A stretch of DNA of 64,000 nt from Gemmatimonadales bacterium (GCA_036500345.1 DASYCE010000017.1:10071-74070); one strand, 5' to 3'; counted from the stretch's first letter, positions 7,241 to 16,406 are shown. A program made the numbers and translations. Notes: generated from the letters alone by a model not told the origin.

Positions 7241-9850
7241 ATGCAGATCGGATCGCGCTGGCGCAGGTGGTTTCGTCGCCGAGAGGCGGACGAGGCGCTG
7301 GCGCAGGAGCTCGATGGATACGTCGACCTCCTCACGGCCGAGACGATTGCGGCAGGCGTCCCCGCCGACGAGGCGCGACGTCTCGCGCGGGCGGCGACCA
7401 GCATCGCGAGCACCACGGAAGCGGTGCGCGACGTGCGCCGCGGCGCTCGCGTCGACGCACTGATCCGCGAGATCTCGCAAGCGATCCGCACTCTGCGTCG
7501 CACCCCGCGCTTCACCGTCGCCGCCGTGCTGACCCTCGGCATCGGCCTCGGTGCCTCGACCGCGATCTTCAACCTTGTCAATGCGGCACTGCTGCACCCG
7601 CTGCCGTTCCCCCGCGCCGACCGGCTCGCGATCCTTACCGAATCGCACCCTGGGAAGGCGGAGAAGACCGGCGCGCCGTATCCTGACTTCCTGGAATGGA
7701 AGGCGCAGAGTACCTCCTTCCACCGGATGGAGGCATACTGGAACCTTCGCGTCGACGGCGTTGTCTTCGGCGCCGGCGGCCCTCCGGAGCGCCTGCGCTA
7801 CGCCATCGTGACAGACGGATTCTTCTCCCTCCTCGGGATCACGCCGGCGATCGGCCGGAGTTTTACGGCGACCGACAATCGTGCCGGGAGCGGAAAGAGC
7901 TTCATTGTCAGTGATGCGGTGTGGCGCCGAGATCTTGGCGCGCGCAAGGATGCGATCGGCAAGTCATACGTGGTCGATGGTTCTCCGTACGTCCTCGTCG
8001 GCGTGCTGCCGCCGCGGACGCAGTTTCCCGATGACTGCGACATCTGGTTTCCAATGAGTGTGCTCAATGGATTCCCGACCGACCGGATCTCGCACCAGTT
8101 CTGGGTCGTCGGCGAGCTGAACGGCGGCGCGTCGCTCGAGCGGGCGCAGGCGGAGATGAGCGCCATCGAGCACCGGCTCGCCGTGGCGTATCCGGGAACC
8201 GATGACGGCTGGCAGGTGTCGGTCCGGTCGCTGCGAAGCGAATACATCGGCAACCTGCGCACCACGTTACTGGTCCTCTTCGGCGCCACCGGATTCATCT
8301 TGCTGATCGCCGGCGCCAGCGTCGCCAATCTTACCCTCGCCCGCGCCCTCGGCCGCGATCGCGAGTTCGCCATCCGCACCGCGCTCGGCGCCAGTCGGGC
8401 GCGGCTGATGATGCATTGTCTCGTGGAGAGTGCGATCGTGACGGTCATCGGCCTCGCGCTCGGTCTGGCGATCGCGATGATCACCCGAAGGATCCTCTTC
8501 GCCACGACGCCGTTCGGGGCGTCGCGAGCGATCACCAGCAACCTCGACCTGCGTGTCTGGCTCTTCGGCGGCGTGCTCGCTGCGATCGTCGCGACCGTGA
8601 TTGGCGCGGTTCCAGCCATTCACGCGATCGGTCGCGCTCCGCACGATGCACTCCGCGGCGGAGAACGTGCCGGCACCGGGCGGCGAGGGCGACGGGCCCA
8701 GAACGCGCTGGTGATCGTGGAGCTTGCGCTGACCTTGCTCCTCCTTGCGGGCGCGGGCCTCATGGCGCGCACGCTGGTTGCGCTCAACCAGATCGAACCG
8801 GGCTTTGCTTCCGACCATCTCCTGACCGCGCAGATCGCGCTCCCCGACGATGCCTACCCGCACGCCGCGCAGCGGATCGCGTTTCATCAGGCGATGCAAG
8901 CGCGAGTCGGTGCGCTTCCAGGCGTGCAGTCGGTGACGATCGCAGACGAACTGCCCTTCGCCGGCGGCGCCGGCTTCGCGGAGAGCTTCAACGTCGACGA
9001 TCAGCCACGAGTCGATTGGGCGACGGCGCGCGCGGCGATGGATCATGAGGTCGGGCCCGGTTACTTCGCCACGCTGCGGATGCCGCTGATTCGCGGTCGC
9101 TTCCCGCTCGCCGGCGACAGCAACGTCGTGGTGATCAACCGCACCATGGCCGCCGCGTTCTGGCCCGGGATCGATCCGCTGGGTCACCGGATCATGACGC
9201 TCGACGAACCGGATCGTCCGCTGCAGATCATCGGCGTTGTCGGCGACGTGCGGACTCCCGGCGTCGACCGACCCGTCGATCCGGCGATGTACGTCCCGGG
9301 TGTGTCGGGGCGGCATGTGGCGCTGGCAGTCCGTACCAGGGGCGATCCTACCGCGATCGAGCGCGACGTGGAGGAGATCGCGGCGGCGATCGATCCGGGC
9401 GTCGCGGTCTACCGGTTCGCTTCGATGGATCAGTTGATCGACGCCTCGCTCGGCGATCGCCGGCTCGGCATGGTGATGCTGGCCTCCTTCGCCGGATTCG
9501 CGATTCTCGTCGCGGCGATCGGCGTCTTCGGGCTGCTGACGTTCACGGTGAGCCGGAGGACCCGTGAGATCGGCGTGCGTGCAGCGCTTGGCGCGCGCCC
9601 GCGAGATATCGTGCGGAGTGTCGGAGTCGACGGACTACGGCTGCTCGTTGCCGGGGTGGTATTCGGCCTGATTGGCGCGCTGCTGCTGACGCGATTCATG
9701 CGATCGCTGCTCTACGGGGTGGTGCCGCTCGACGGCGTGACGCTGGGGAGTGCGGCGGTGGTCGTTGTCCTGGTGGCACTCACTGCGGCGGCGCTGCCGA
9801 TTCGCCGGGCGCTGCGAGTAGATCCGCTGACGGCGCTCAGGGCCGAGTAG
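7241..9850 (+). CDS. MacB-like duplicated FtsX permease without an ATPase domain (ADOP-type orphan permease), copy 2
   Basis: Trimmed to ATG 7241 (MQIGSRWRRWFRRREADEALAQELDGYVDLL...). Same architecture as copy 1: N-terminal helix with PADEARR, RTLRRTPRFTVAAVLTLGIGLGAS, and two FtsX segments (REFAIRTALGASRARL and REIGVRAALGARPRDIV). Confidence 0.85.
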   Translation: MQIGSRWRRWFRRREADEALAQELDGYVDLLTAETIAAGVPADEARRLARAATSIASTTEAVRDVRRGARVDALIREISQAIRTLRRTPRFTVAAVLTLGIGLGASTAIFNLVNAALLHPLPFPRADRLAILTESHPGKAEKTGAPYPDFLEWKAQSTSFHRMEAYWNLRVDGVVFGAGGPPERLRYAIVTDGFFSLLGITPAIGRSFTATDNRAGSGKSFIVSDAVWRRDLGARKDAIGKSYVVDGSPYVLVGVLPPRTQFPDDCDIWFPMSVLNGFPTDRISHQFWVVGELNGGASLERAQAEMSAIEHRLAVAYPGTDDGWQVSVRSLRSEYIGNLRTTLLVLFGATGFILLIAGASVANLTLARALGRDREFAIRTALGASRARLMMHCLVESAIVTVIGLALGLAIAMITRRILFATTPFGASRAITSNLDLRVWLFGGVLAAIVATVIGAVPAIHAIGRAPHDALRGGERAGTGRRGRRAQNALVIVELALTLLLLAGAGLMARTLVALNQIEPGFASDHLLTAQIALPDDAYPHAAQRIAFHQAMQARVGALPGVQSVTIADELPFAGGAGFAESFNVDDQPRVDWATARAAMDHEVGPGYFATLRMPLIRGRFPLAGDSNVVVINRTMAAAFWPGIDPLGHRIMTLDEPDRPLQIIGVVGDVRTPGVDRPVDPAMYVPGVSGRHVALAVRTRGDPTAIERDVEEIAAAIDPGVAVYRFASMDQLIDASLGDRRLGMVMLASFAGFAILVAAIGVFGLLTFTVSRRTREIGVRAALGARPRDIVRSVGVDGLRLLVAGVVFGLIGALLLTRFMRSLLYGVVPLDGVTLGSAAVVVVLVALTAAALPIRRALRVDPLTALRAE

Positions 9851-9882
9851 GGGGAGCGGCGGGGCGATATACTTCTCGCCTG

Positions 9883-11742
9883 ATGCGCACCCTCTCCAAA
9901 TCCGATTTCAAGCTCGCCAGCAACTGCGCCACCAAGCTCCACTACAAGGAGCGCGGCTACCCGCAGCGCGAGGATGACAACCCCTACCTCGCCATGCTCG
10001 CCGAGGGCGGCTACATGGTCGAGCAGCTAGCGCGTCTCCGCTTTCCCGAAGCGATCACGCTCAGCTACGGCCGCGATCCGGTGCTTGATGCCGCTGAGAC
10101 GCGCCAGGCGCTTCATGCTGACCAGGTGACGCTCTTCGAGGCGACGATCCTTTCCGGCCGCAAGCTTGTCCGCATCGACGTGCTCCGGAAGAATGGCAAT
10201 CGTGTCGACCTGATCGAGGTGAAGTCGAAGTCGTTCGATCCATTGGCAGGCGGTGCCGCAGGGCCGTTCCGCAACAGCAAGAAGCGTGGGAACGAGTATC
10301 CGATCAACAGTGAGTGGATCGAGTACATCGACGATGTGACGTACCAGACGATGGTCCTCCGCGAGGCGTGTCCGGAATTCATCGTCACGCCATGGCTTCT
10401 CGTCGTCGACAAGACGGGCGAGACGAGCGTCGAGGCGTTGCCGCAGCTCTTCGAGATTCGCCGCGACGTCGAGATCGACGGCCGGATCAAGGATCTCGAC
10501 ATCCGCTACACCGGCGCTTCCGACAATCCGGCGGCGCAGGAGATCCTCACGCAGGTGAATGTCTCCTCGGAAGTCGAGCAGCGCCTTCCCGAAGTTGCAG
10601 CGATCGCGGAGGAACTGCTGGCGCTCTATCACGACGACGTCGTCGACCGCGCCCCACCTGATCTCCGTTATGTCACCTGTCGCGACTGTGAATTCCGCGT
10701 GGCGGAAGGAGTCGAGCAGAACGGCTTCGCCGAGTGCTGGGGCGCCCTTGGAGCGGTGAAGCCGAGCATTCTTGAGCTGTACAAATTCAGTACGACGAAG
10801 CTCGGCGACGAATCGCTCGCCGACGTGATGATCCGAGCGGGGAAGGTCTCGCTGTACGACGTCAACGAAGCCGACCTGGTGAAGAAGTCGGGGGAGCCGA
10901 CTGCGGCATCGGTACGGCAGCTGCGGCAGATCGCGTGCACTCGTGACGACGAAGTGTGGATCTCACCGCGCATGGCCGAGGCGCTGGGGTCGTGGCAGTA
11001 TCCGCTCCACTTCATCGACTTCGAGACGTCGATGATGGCGCTGCCGTATCACGCCGGGATGCGGCCGTTCGAGACGATCGGATTTCAGTGGAGCTGTCAT
11101 TCGATTGACGTTCCCGGCGGCGAGGTTCGCCACGCCGAGTGGCTCAACGACCGCGACAGCTGGCCGTGCCTCGAGTTCGTCGAATCGCTGCGCGAGGCGA
11201 TCGGCGACGACGGGACAGTGCTGATGTGGGCGACGCATGAGCGGACGACGCTCAACAAGATCGCCGATCAGATGGAACGGTACGGAGTCGGCACGCCGGA
11301 GCTACGCGCGTGGATGGAGCGGCTGGTGGGAACGAAGGACGAGCCCGGGCGGCTTCGCGACATGAACCGCTTGTGCGAGCAGTACTTCGTACTCCCGGGG
11401 ACGGGGCGGACCAGCATCAAGGTGATTCTCGACGGGTTGTGGCAGCGCGATGCGGTGATGCGCGAGCGATTCCGCGAGTGGTTCGGCGGCGACGCGTATG
11501 AGGTGGCCGCTGGGAAGGGGCCATATGAAGCGCTGCCGGAGCTGACGATTGCGGGGACGACGCTCGATGTCTCGGAGGGGACCGGCGCGATGCGGGCGTA
11601 CCAGGCGATGCTGTACGGGGCTGAACGGCGCGATCCGGCGCTGGTGGAGGGGTATCGGATGCTGCTGAAGCGCTACTGCAAGCTGGATACGCTGGCGATG
11701 GTGCTGGTGTGGGATAGTTGGAGGCGGAGGGGGGAGGGGTGA
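9883..11742 (+). CDS. DUF2779-type protein: N-terminal Cas4/RecB-like PD-(D/E)XK nuclease with Cys cluster fused to a C-terminal RNase H-fold exonuclease-like domain
   Basis: N-terminus LSKSDFKLASNC. Nuclease core D99...E112-V-K114 in IDVLRKNGNRVDLIEVKSKS. Cysteines C15 plus C266-x2-C269-x15-C285. The C-terminal domain starts with HFIDFETS...PYHAGMRPFETIGFQWSCH, which I recognise as the DUF2779 signature. Confidence 0.75.
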   Translation: MRTLSKSDFKLASNCATKLHYKERGYPQREDDNPYLAMLAEGGYMVEQLARLRFPEAITLSYGRDPVLDAAETRQALHADQVTLFEATILSGRKLVRIDVLRKNGNRVDLIEVKSKSFDPLAGGAAGPFRNSKKRGNEYPINSEWIEYIDDVTYQTMVLREACPEFIVTPWLLVVDKTGETSVEALPQLFEIRRDVEIDGRIKDLDIRYTGASDNPAAQEILTQVNVSSEVEQRLPEVAAIAEELLALYHDDVVDRAPPDLRYVTCRDCEFRVAEGVEQNGFAECWGALGAVKPSILELYKFSTTKLGDESLADVMIRAGKVSLYDVNEADLVKKSGEPTAASVRQLRQIACTRDDEVWISPRMAEALGSWQYPLHFIDFETSMMALPYHAGMRPFETIGFQWSCHSIDVPGGEVRHAEWLNDRDSWPCLEFVESLREAIGDDGTVLMWATHERTTLNKIADQMERYGVGTPELRAWMERLVGTKDEPGRLRDMNRLCEQYFVLPGTGRTSIKVILDGLWQRDAVMRERFREWFGGDAYEVAAGKGPYEALPELTIAGTTLDVSEGTGAMRAYQAMLYGAERRDPALVEGYRMLLKRYCKLDTLAMVLVWDSWRRRGEG

Positions 11743-11912
11743 TGGTCTTGCCAACCAGCAGCAGGGCCCAAGCCAGGCGCGGCAGTTCATCCTTCGCGAA
11801 GCGCAAATGACTAGATCGGCGGCACTAAAGACCGTAGATCGAGTCCCGCCGCGACCCGATCCCTCGGTCGCTGCGCCCCTTCGGGATGACAACGTGGCCT
11901 GCCGCTACGCTG

Positions 11913-13199
11913 TCACTTCCGCTTGTCGATCGGCACGAACGGCCGCTCGTCAGCGCCGGTGTAGATCTGCCGCGGCCGCGCGATCTTCTGTTCCTTGTCG
12001 TTGATCATCTCTTCCCACTGCGCCAGCCACCCAGGCAGCCGCCCCAGCGCGAAGATCACGGTGAAGTAATCGGTCGGATACCCCATCGCCTGGTAGATCA
12101 ACCCCGAATAGAAGTCGACGTTGGGGTAGAGCTTCCGCTTGATGAAGTAGTCGTCGCTCAGCGCGATCCGTTCGAGCTCGAGCGCGATCTCCAGCTTCTT
12201 GTTGAGGCCGGTCTGCGCGAAGACATCATCCGCGACCTTCTTGATCAGCTTCGCCCGCGGATCGTACGACTTGTAAACGCGGTGGCCAAATCCCATCAGG
12301 CGCCCATGACCCGCCTTCACGCTCTCGATGAACGCCGGGATCTTGTCCTTCGTCCCGATTTCGTCGAGCATCCGCAGCACTGCCTCGTTCGCCCCGCCAT
12401 GCAGCGGACCGTACAACGCGGCAATACCTGCCGACACCGCCGAGAACGGATCGACACCCGACGAACCGACGGCACGCACCGCGCTCGTCGAGCAATTCTG
12501 CTCGTGATCGGCGTGAAGAATCAGGAGGATCTCGAGCGCGCGCTGCAGCACCGGATTCGGCTCGTGCTTCCCGCCGATCGAGAACATCATGTTGACGTAG
12601 TTGCCGACGTAGCTCAGGTCATTGCGCGGGAATTCGTACGGCAACCCGCGCGAGTGACGGAAGAGGAACGCCGCCAGCGTCGGGAGCTTCGCGAGGAGCC
12701 GCACCCGCTGGACGTAGCGGTTCTGCGGATCCTCGATGTCCTTGGCGTCGGGATAGAAGGTCGACAGGCCGCCGACGATGCCGAGCAGCATTCCCATCGG
12801 ATGGGCGTCGTAGCGATATCCTTCGAGGAACTTGATGATGTTGGTGTGGACGTAGGTGTGGAAGCGGATGTCCTCGGTCCACTTGTCGAGCTCCGCCTTG
12901 TTGGGGAGCTCGCCGTTGTTGAGGAGGTAGGCGACTTCGAGGAAGGTCGCCTCTTCGGCGATCTGTTCGATCGGATAGCCACGATAGCGGAGGATCCCGC
13001 GGTCGCCGTCGATGTAGGTGATGGCACTGCGACACGCGGCGGTGTTCATGAACGCCGGGTCGTAGGTCATCATCCCGAAGTCGTCGTCCTTGACCTTGAT
13101 CTGTCTGAGGTCGAGGGCCCGGATGGTGTCGTCGGTGATCGGGACGTCGTACGACTTCCCGGTCCGGTTGTCGGTGATGGTGAGGGTATCGGCAGCCAC
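11913..13199 (-). CDS. gltA: Citrate synthase
   Basis: Full-length match to type II citrate synthase motifs: GYPIEQIAE, HADHEQNCSTSAVR, GPLHGGANEAV, GFGHRVYKSYDPRAK. Confidence 0.95.
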   Translation of the reverse strand: MAADTLTITDNRTGKSYDVPITDDTIRALDLRQIKVKDDDFGMMTYDPAFMNTAACRSAITYIDGDRGILRYRGYPIEQIAEEATFLEVAYLLNNGELPNKAELDKWTEDIRFHTYVHTNIIKFLEGYRYDAHPMGMLLGIVGGLSTFYPDAKDIEDPQNRYVQRVRLLAKLPTLAAFLFRHSRGLPYEFPRNDLSYVGNYVNMMFSIGGKHEPNPVLQRALEILLILHADHEQNCSTSAVRAVGSSGVDPFSAVSAGIAALYGPLHGGANEAVLRMLDEIGTKDKIPAFIESVKAGHGRLMGFGHRVYKSYDPRAKLIKKVADDVFAQTGLNKKLEIALELERIALSDDYFIKRKLYPNVDFYSGLIYQAMGYPTDYFTVIFALGRLPGWLAQWEEMINDKEQKIARPRQIYTGADERPFVPIDKRK

Positions 13200-13290
13200 A
13201 GTCCGCCTCCCGCGCGGGATCGTCGAAACGGTTGTCTGACGGGGTGGAAGATATATCGGTCGGGAAACAGTGCCGCCTTATCTTCCCGCG

Positions 13291-14124
13291 ATGTCACGAC
13301 CCGATGACGACGCCGCCACCGCGGTCCGGTCCCGGCGCGAAGGTTTGCTCGTGGGAGCCGCTGTCGGCGCGGCGCTGGCGGCTGGTTCGCCGCCTCCGCC
13401 GGAGCGCTCGCGGGCCCCGATTGCCCTCGCCGACGCCCTCCTCGGCGAACTGGTGGGCGGCGGCGTCGACCTGCGCCGGATGAGCCGGAGCTGGGTGACG
13501 TGGTACCGCAGCGACGGCCTCGATGCCGACCCGATCCTGGCGATGGCGCTGCAACACCTGGAAGAGTTCGACGCGCCGACCGACCAGTTGCCGCAGCCCT
13601 CCGCCATCGCGATCGCGGCGGCACTTCCGGCGGCGCTCGCAGCGGCGTCACCGCGGGCGATGGTCTCAGGGACGTTTCATGTCGCGCGGATGCTCGACCC
13701 GAGACCGACGACCGGGCTCGTCGCCACGGCGATCGTGGTCGCCGCCGCCGCATTGATCGACGGGCAGCGCGACGTCCTTCCGGAAGCGGTGACCTTCCTT
13801 CGCGCCAACGACGCACCGGCGCCGCTCGTCGAACAGTTCCGCGCGGTGGCGCGCGACCGGCACATCCCGCCGCCATCCCCTCGCGGTCCGCATCCCGATC
13901 CTGCCACCGTGGCGACCTGGGTATTGGGCGAGCTCGACCGGCACTCGCGGAGCGTCGACCTCCTCCACAACCTCGTCGACGCCGGCGTCTCATCGACCGC
14001 CGGTGCGATTCTCGGCGCGCTCGCCGGCGCGCGGGACGGCGTCGCTTCGTGGCCTGATAGATGGTTGCAGGGCGGTGGCGATGACGTGTCGCGCCGGCAG
14101 AAGATGGCATCGCGACTCGGTTGA
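13291..14124 (+). CDS. ADP-ribosylglycohydrolase-like protein, apparently lacking the metal-binding Asp residues
   Basis: The N-terminal RREGLLVGAAVGAALAAG aligns with the family R..G.L.G.A.GDALG motif. The C-terminal AGVSSTAGAILGALAGARDGVASWPDRW aligns with GGDTDT.AAIAGALAGA..G...IP..W. The start is ambiguous (ATG 13291 or GTG 13270). Confidence 0.5.
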   Translation: MSRPDDDAATAVRSRREGLLVGAAVGAALAAGSPPPPERSRAPIALADALLGELVGGGVDLRRMSRSWVTWYRSDGLDADPILAMALQHLEEFDAPTDQLPQPSAIAIAAALPAALAAASPRAMVSGTFHVARMLDPRPTTGLVATAIVVAAAALIDGQRDVLPEAVTFLRANDAPAPLVEQFRAVARDRHIPPPSPRGPHPDPATVATWVLGELDRHSRSVDLLHNLVDAGVSSTAGAILGALAGARDGVASWPDRWLQGGGDDVSRRQKMASRLG

Positions 14125-14143
14125 GCCGCACAACGGCAGCGGG

Positions 14144-15982
14144 TTACTCTGCTCCCTCTGGATCTTCGACGATCCCCCGTTCGAGCCACGTGAAATCGCC
14201 GTGCAGCACTCGCCGGGCGAGTGCGCGCGTTGCTGCGTCGTCGTTGTCGCGGACAGAGCCGAGGAGCGTGTCGACGCGCCGAGCCGAGTGACGGCAGAAG
14301 AGAAGCGCCACATCGACGGCACTGGAGTCGCCGGCACGGGCGAGGGCGTCTGCACGGGAGATCGCGGCACTCATCGCAAAGAGTTCGGCGCCTGCGTCAA
14401 CAAGACGGAAGAGGATCGCCTGCTTCTGCTCCAGTTTCGGTCCCCAGCGCACCATCGAATGGAAGAGTGTGCGGGCAAGTTTGCGTGATCGACGCTCGAC
14501 GATGCGCAGGGGTACCGCGAGTGGTCCCATTCCACTGAAACGCGGCCACCAGCCCCAGCCGAGCCAGAGCCGCGGATACCAGATGGCGTAGTATCTCGCG
14601 GCGCGCGCGAGCGACTTGAAGCGGGCGGCGCGCGGCGCCTTCGGATTGACCAGATCGCCGGCGACCTTGAGATGCGTGTCGAGTGCTTCACGCGCAATGA
14701 AGAGGCGCATGATCTCGCTCGATCCCTCGAAGATCCGGTTGATCCGGTAGTCACGCGACATCCGCTCGACCGGGTCGGGACGCTCGCCGCGCAGCCTGAG
14801 CGACGCCGCAGTCTCGTAGCCACGGCCGCCGCGAATCTGCAGGCAGTCGTCGATGATCCGGAACCCGATCTCCGAATTCCACAGCTTCGCGACCGCTGCT
14901 TCGAGGCGAATGTCGCTGCGTCCCTGGTCGGCGAGCGACGATGCGAGGTCGGAGACCGCGTCCATCGCGAAGGTGTCGGCCGCCATCGTCCCGATCTTCT
15001 GCGCGATCGCGTCGTGCTCGCCGATCGGTTTACCCCACTGGACCCTTTCGTTCGCCCACCGGCGGGTGATCCGCAGGGCGCGCTTCGCGCCGGCGGCGCA
15101 TGACGCGGGGAGGGTGAGCCGTCCGGTGTTGAGCGTCGTCAGCGCGAGCTTGAGCCCTTTCCCTTCGCCCCAGATCACATTCTCGACCGGAACGCGCACG
15201 TCGGTGAAGCGCAGCACGCCGTTCTGCATCCCGTGCAATCCCATGAATCGCAGCCGGTGCACCACCTCGACGCCGGGCCATTCGCGTTCGACGATGAACG
15301 CGGTGATCCGCTTGCCGGTGCGCGCCATCACCACGATCAGCTCGGCGATCGGTCCATTGGTGCACCAGAGCTTCTCGCCGTTGAGGATCCAGTGCGTGCC
15401 GTCGGGATCGAGCTCGGCGTGCGTCGAGATCCCGGCGGGATCCGATCCGACCTCAACTTCCGTGAGCGCAAACGCAGAGATCGCACCGGCGGCGATGCGC
15501 GGGAGATACTTCGCGCGTTGCGCATCGGTGCCGAAGAGCTGCAGCGGCACGCTCACGCCGATCGACTGCGACGCCGAAAGGAGTGCGGTGAGCGAACCGT
15601 CCCATGAAGTGACCAGCCCCATCGCGTGGGTGTACGACAGCTGCGAGAGACCGAGGCCACCGTACTCAATTGGAAGCTTGATCCCGAAGGCGCCGATTGA
15701 GCGTAGCCCTTCGATCACCTCATCGGTGATCCGCCCTTCGCGATCGATCCGGTCGGGGTCGACATGATCGAGCAGGAAGGTGGAGAGCGCCTCGAGAAAC
15801 GGTGCGGCGCGGGCGGTGTCGGCGGGATCAGGCTCGGGAAACGGGTGAATCAGCGAGAAGGGAAGGCGGCCATCGAAGAGGGCGCGAAGAAAGCTCGGAT
15901 TCCGCCACTCGGTTTCCCGCGCCGCCTCGGCAGTGGCGCGGGCGTCGTCAGCTGAGTGGGCGGGGCTCGCGGCGCCGGACAT
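14144..15982 (-). CDS. Acyl-CoA dehydrogenase (long FadE-like form with C-terminal extension)
   Basis: ALTEVEVGSDPAGI, WILNGEKLWCTNGPIAE, QIRGGRGYETA and RINRIFEGSSEIMRLFIAREALD are canonical ACAD motifs. Confidence 0.9.
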   Translation of the reverse strand: MSGAASPAHSADDARATAEAARETEWRNPSFLRALFDGRLPFSLIHPFPEPDPADTARAAPFLEALSTFLLDHVDPDRIDREGRITDEVIEGLRSIGAFGIKLPIEYGGLGLSQLSYTHAMGLVTSWDGSLTALLSASQSIGVSVPLQLFGTDAQRAKYLPRIAAGAISAFALTEVEVGSDPAGISTHAELDPDGTHWILNGEKLWCTNGPIAELIVVMARTGKRITAFIVEREWPGVEVVHRLRFMGLHGMQNGVLRFTDVRVPVENVIWGEGKGLKLALTTLNTGRLTLPASCAAGAKRALRITRRWANERVQWGKPIGEHDAIAQKIGTMAADTFAMDAVSDLASSLADQGRSDIRLEAAVAKLWNSEIGFRIIDDCLQIRGGRGYETAASLRLRGERPDPVERMSRDYRINRIFEGSSEIMRLFIAREALDTHLKVAGDLVNPKAPRAARFKSLARAARYYAIWYPRLWLGWGWWPRFSGMGPLAVPLRIVERRSRKLARTLFHSMVRWGPKLEQKQAILFRLVDAGAELFAMSAAISRADALARAGDSSAVDVALLFCRHSARRVDTLLGSVRDNDDAATRALARRVLHGDFTWLERGIVEDPEGAE

Positions 15983-15988
15983 CGTGCG

Positions 15989-16384
15989 TCACGGAGCGAG
16001 CGAGGGAAGTGTCACCGAGCAAGTCGTTTCGAATCCGCCGCGCACGTTGTAGACAGTCGACACGGTGAGCGATTTCGCGTGCAGGACGCGCTGCAGATCT
16101 TCGGCGATCCGAGCGGTGGCGTGTTCCTGGAAGATCCCGACGTTGCGATAGCTCATGATGTAGTACTTGAGGCTCTTGAGCTCGATGCAGCAATCGCCGG
16201 GCACGTAACGCACCGTCAAGTCGGCAATATCGGGGAGGCCGCTGAACGGACAGACCGCGGAGAATTCGCGGGTGGTGGTGACGATCTCCTGGACCGGGCC
16301 GTCATAGGGGAACGTCTCCAGCACCGCGATGTCGATCGCGTCGGTACCGGTGAACGGTATGGTGCGGCCTTCGGCTGTGGCCAT
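15989..16384 (-). CDS. queF: NADPH-dependent 7-cyano-7-deazaguanine (preQ0) reductase, type I
   Basis: FSAVCPFSGLPDIADLTVRYVPGDCCIELKSLKYYIMSYRNVGIFQEH is the QueF catalytic-Cys / QueF-motif region. I chose ATG 16384; the track ORF starts at 16411. Confidence 0.9.
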   Translation of the reverse strand: MATAEGRTIPFTGTDAIDIAVLETFPYDGPVQEIVTTTREFSAVCPFSGLPDIADLTVRYVPGDCCIELKSLKYYIMSYRNVGIFQEHATARIAEDLQRVLHAKSLTVSTVYNVRGGFETTCSVTLPSLAP

Positions 16385-16406
16385 GCTAGGGTCCCCCTGC
16401 GGTAGT

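Noticed and set aside
9861-9880. Short hairpin GGCGA-tatacttc-TCGCC between permease 2 and the DUF2779 gene, considered as a terminator.
   Set aside because: The stem is only 5 bp. I regard the embedded TATACT as more informative (a possible -10 box for a near-leaderless DUF2779 transcript), and even that is speculative.
11786-11811. Possible third, truncated copy of the dinB-flanking repeat on the opposite strand (gtcatttgcgcttcgcgaaggatgaa).
   Set aside because: I do not annotate it as a feature. Only the terminal ~10-nt blocks match and the central hairpin is absent, which is too little to distinguish from chance. It is mentioned in the repeat finding as tentative.
11886-13307. 473-aa plus-strand ORF. 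Also the 353-aa minus ORF at 13070..14131.
   Set aside because: The first is antisense to citrate synthase. The second is an Arg-rich (RRRR runs) shadow of the ADP-ribosylglycohydrolase-like gene.
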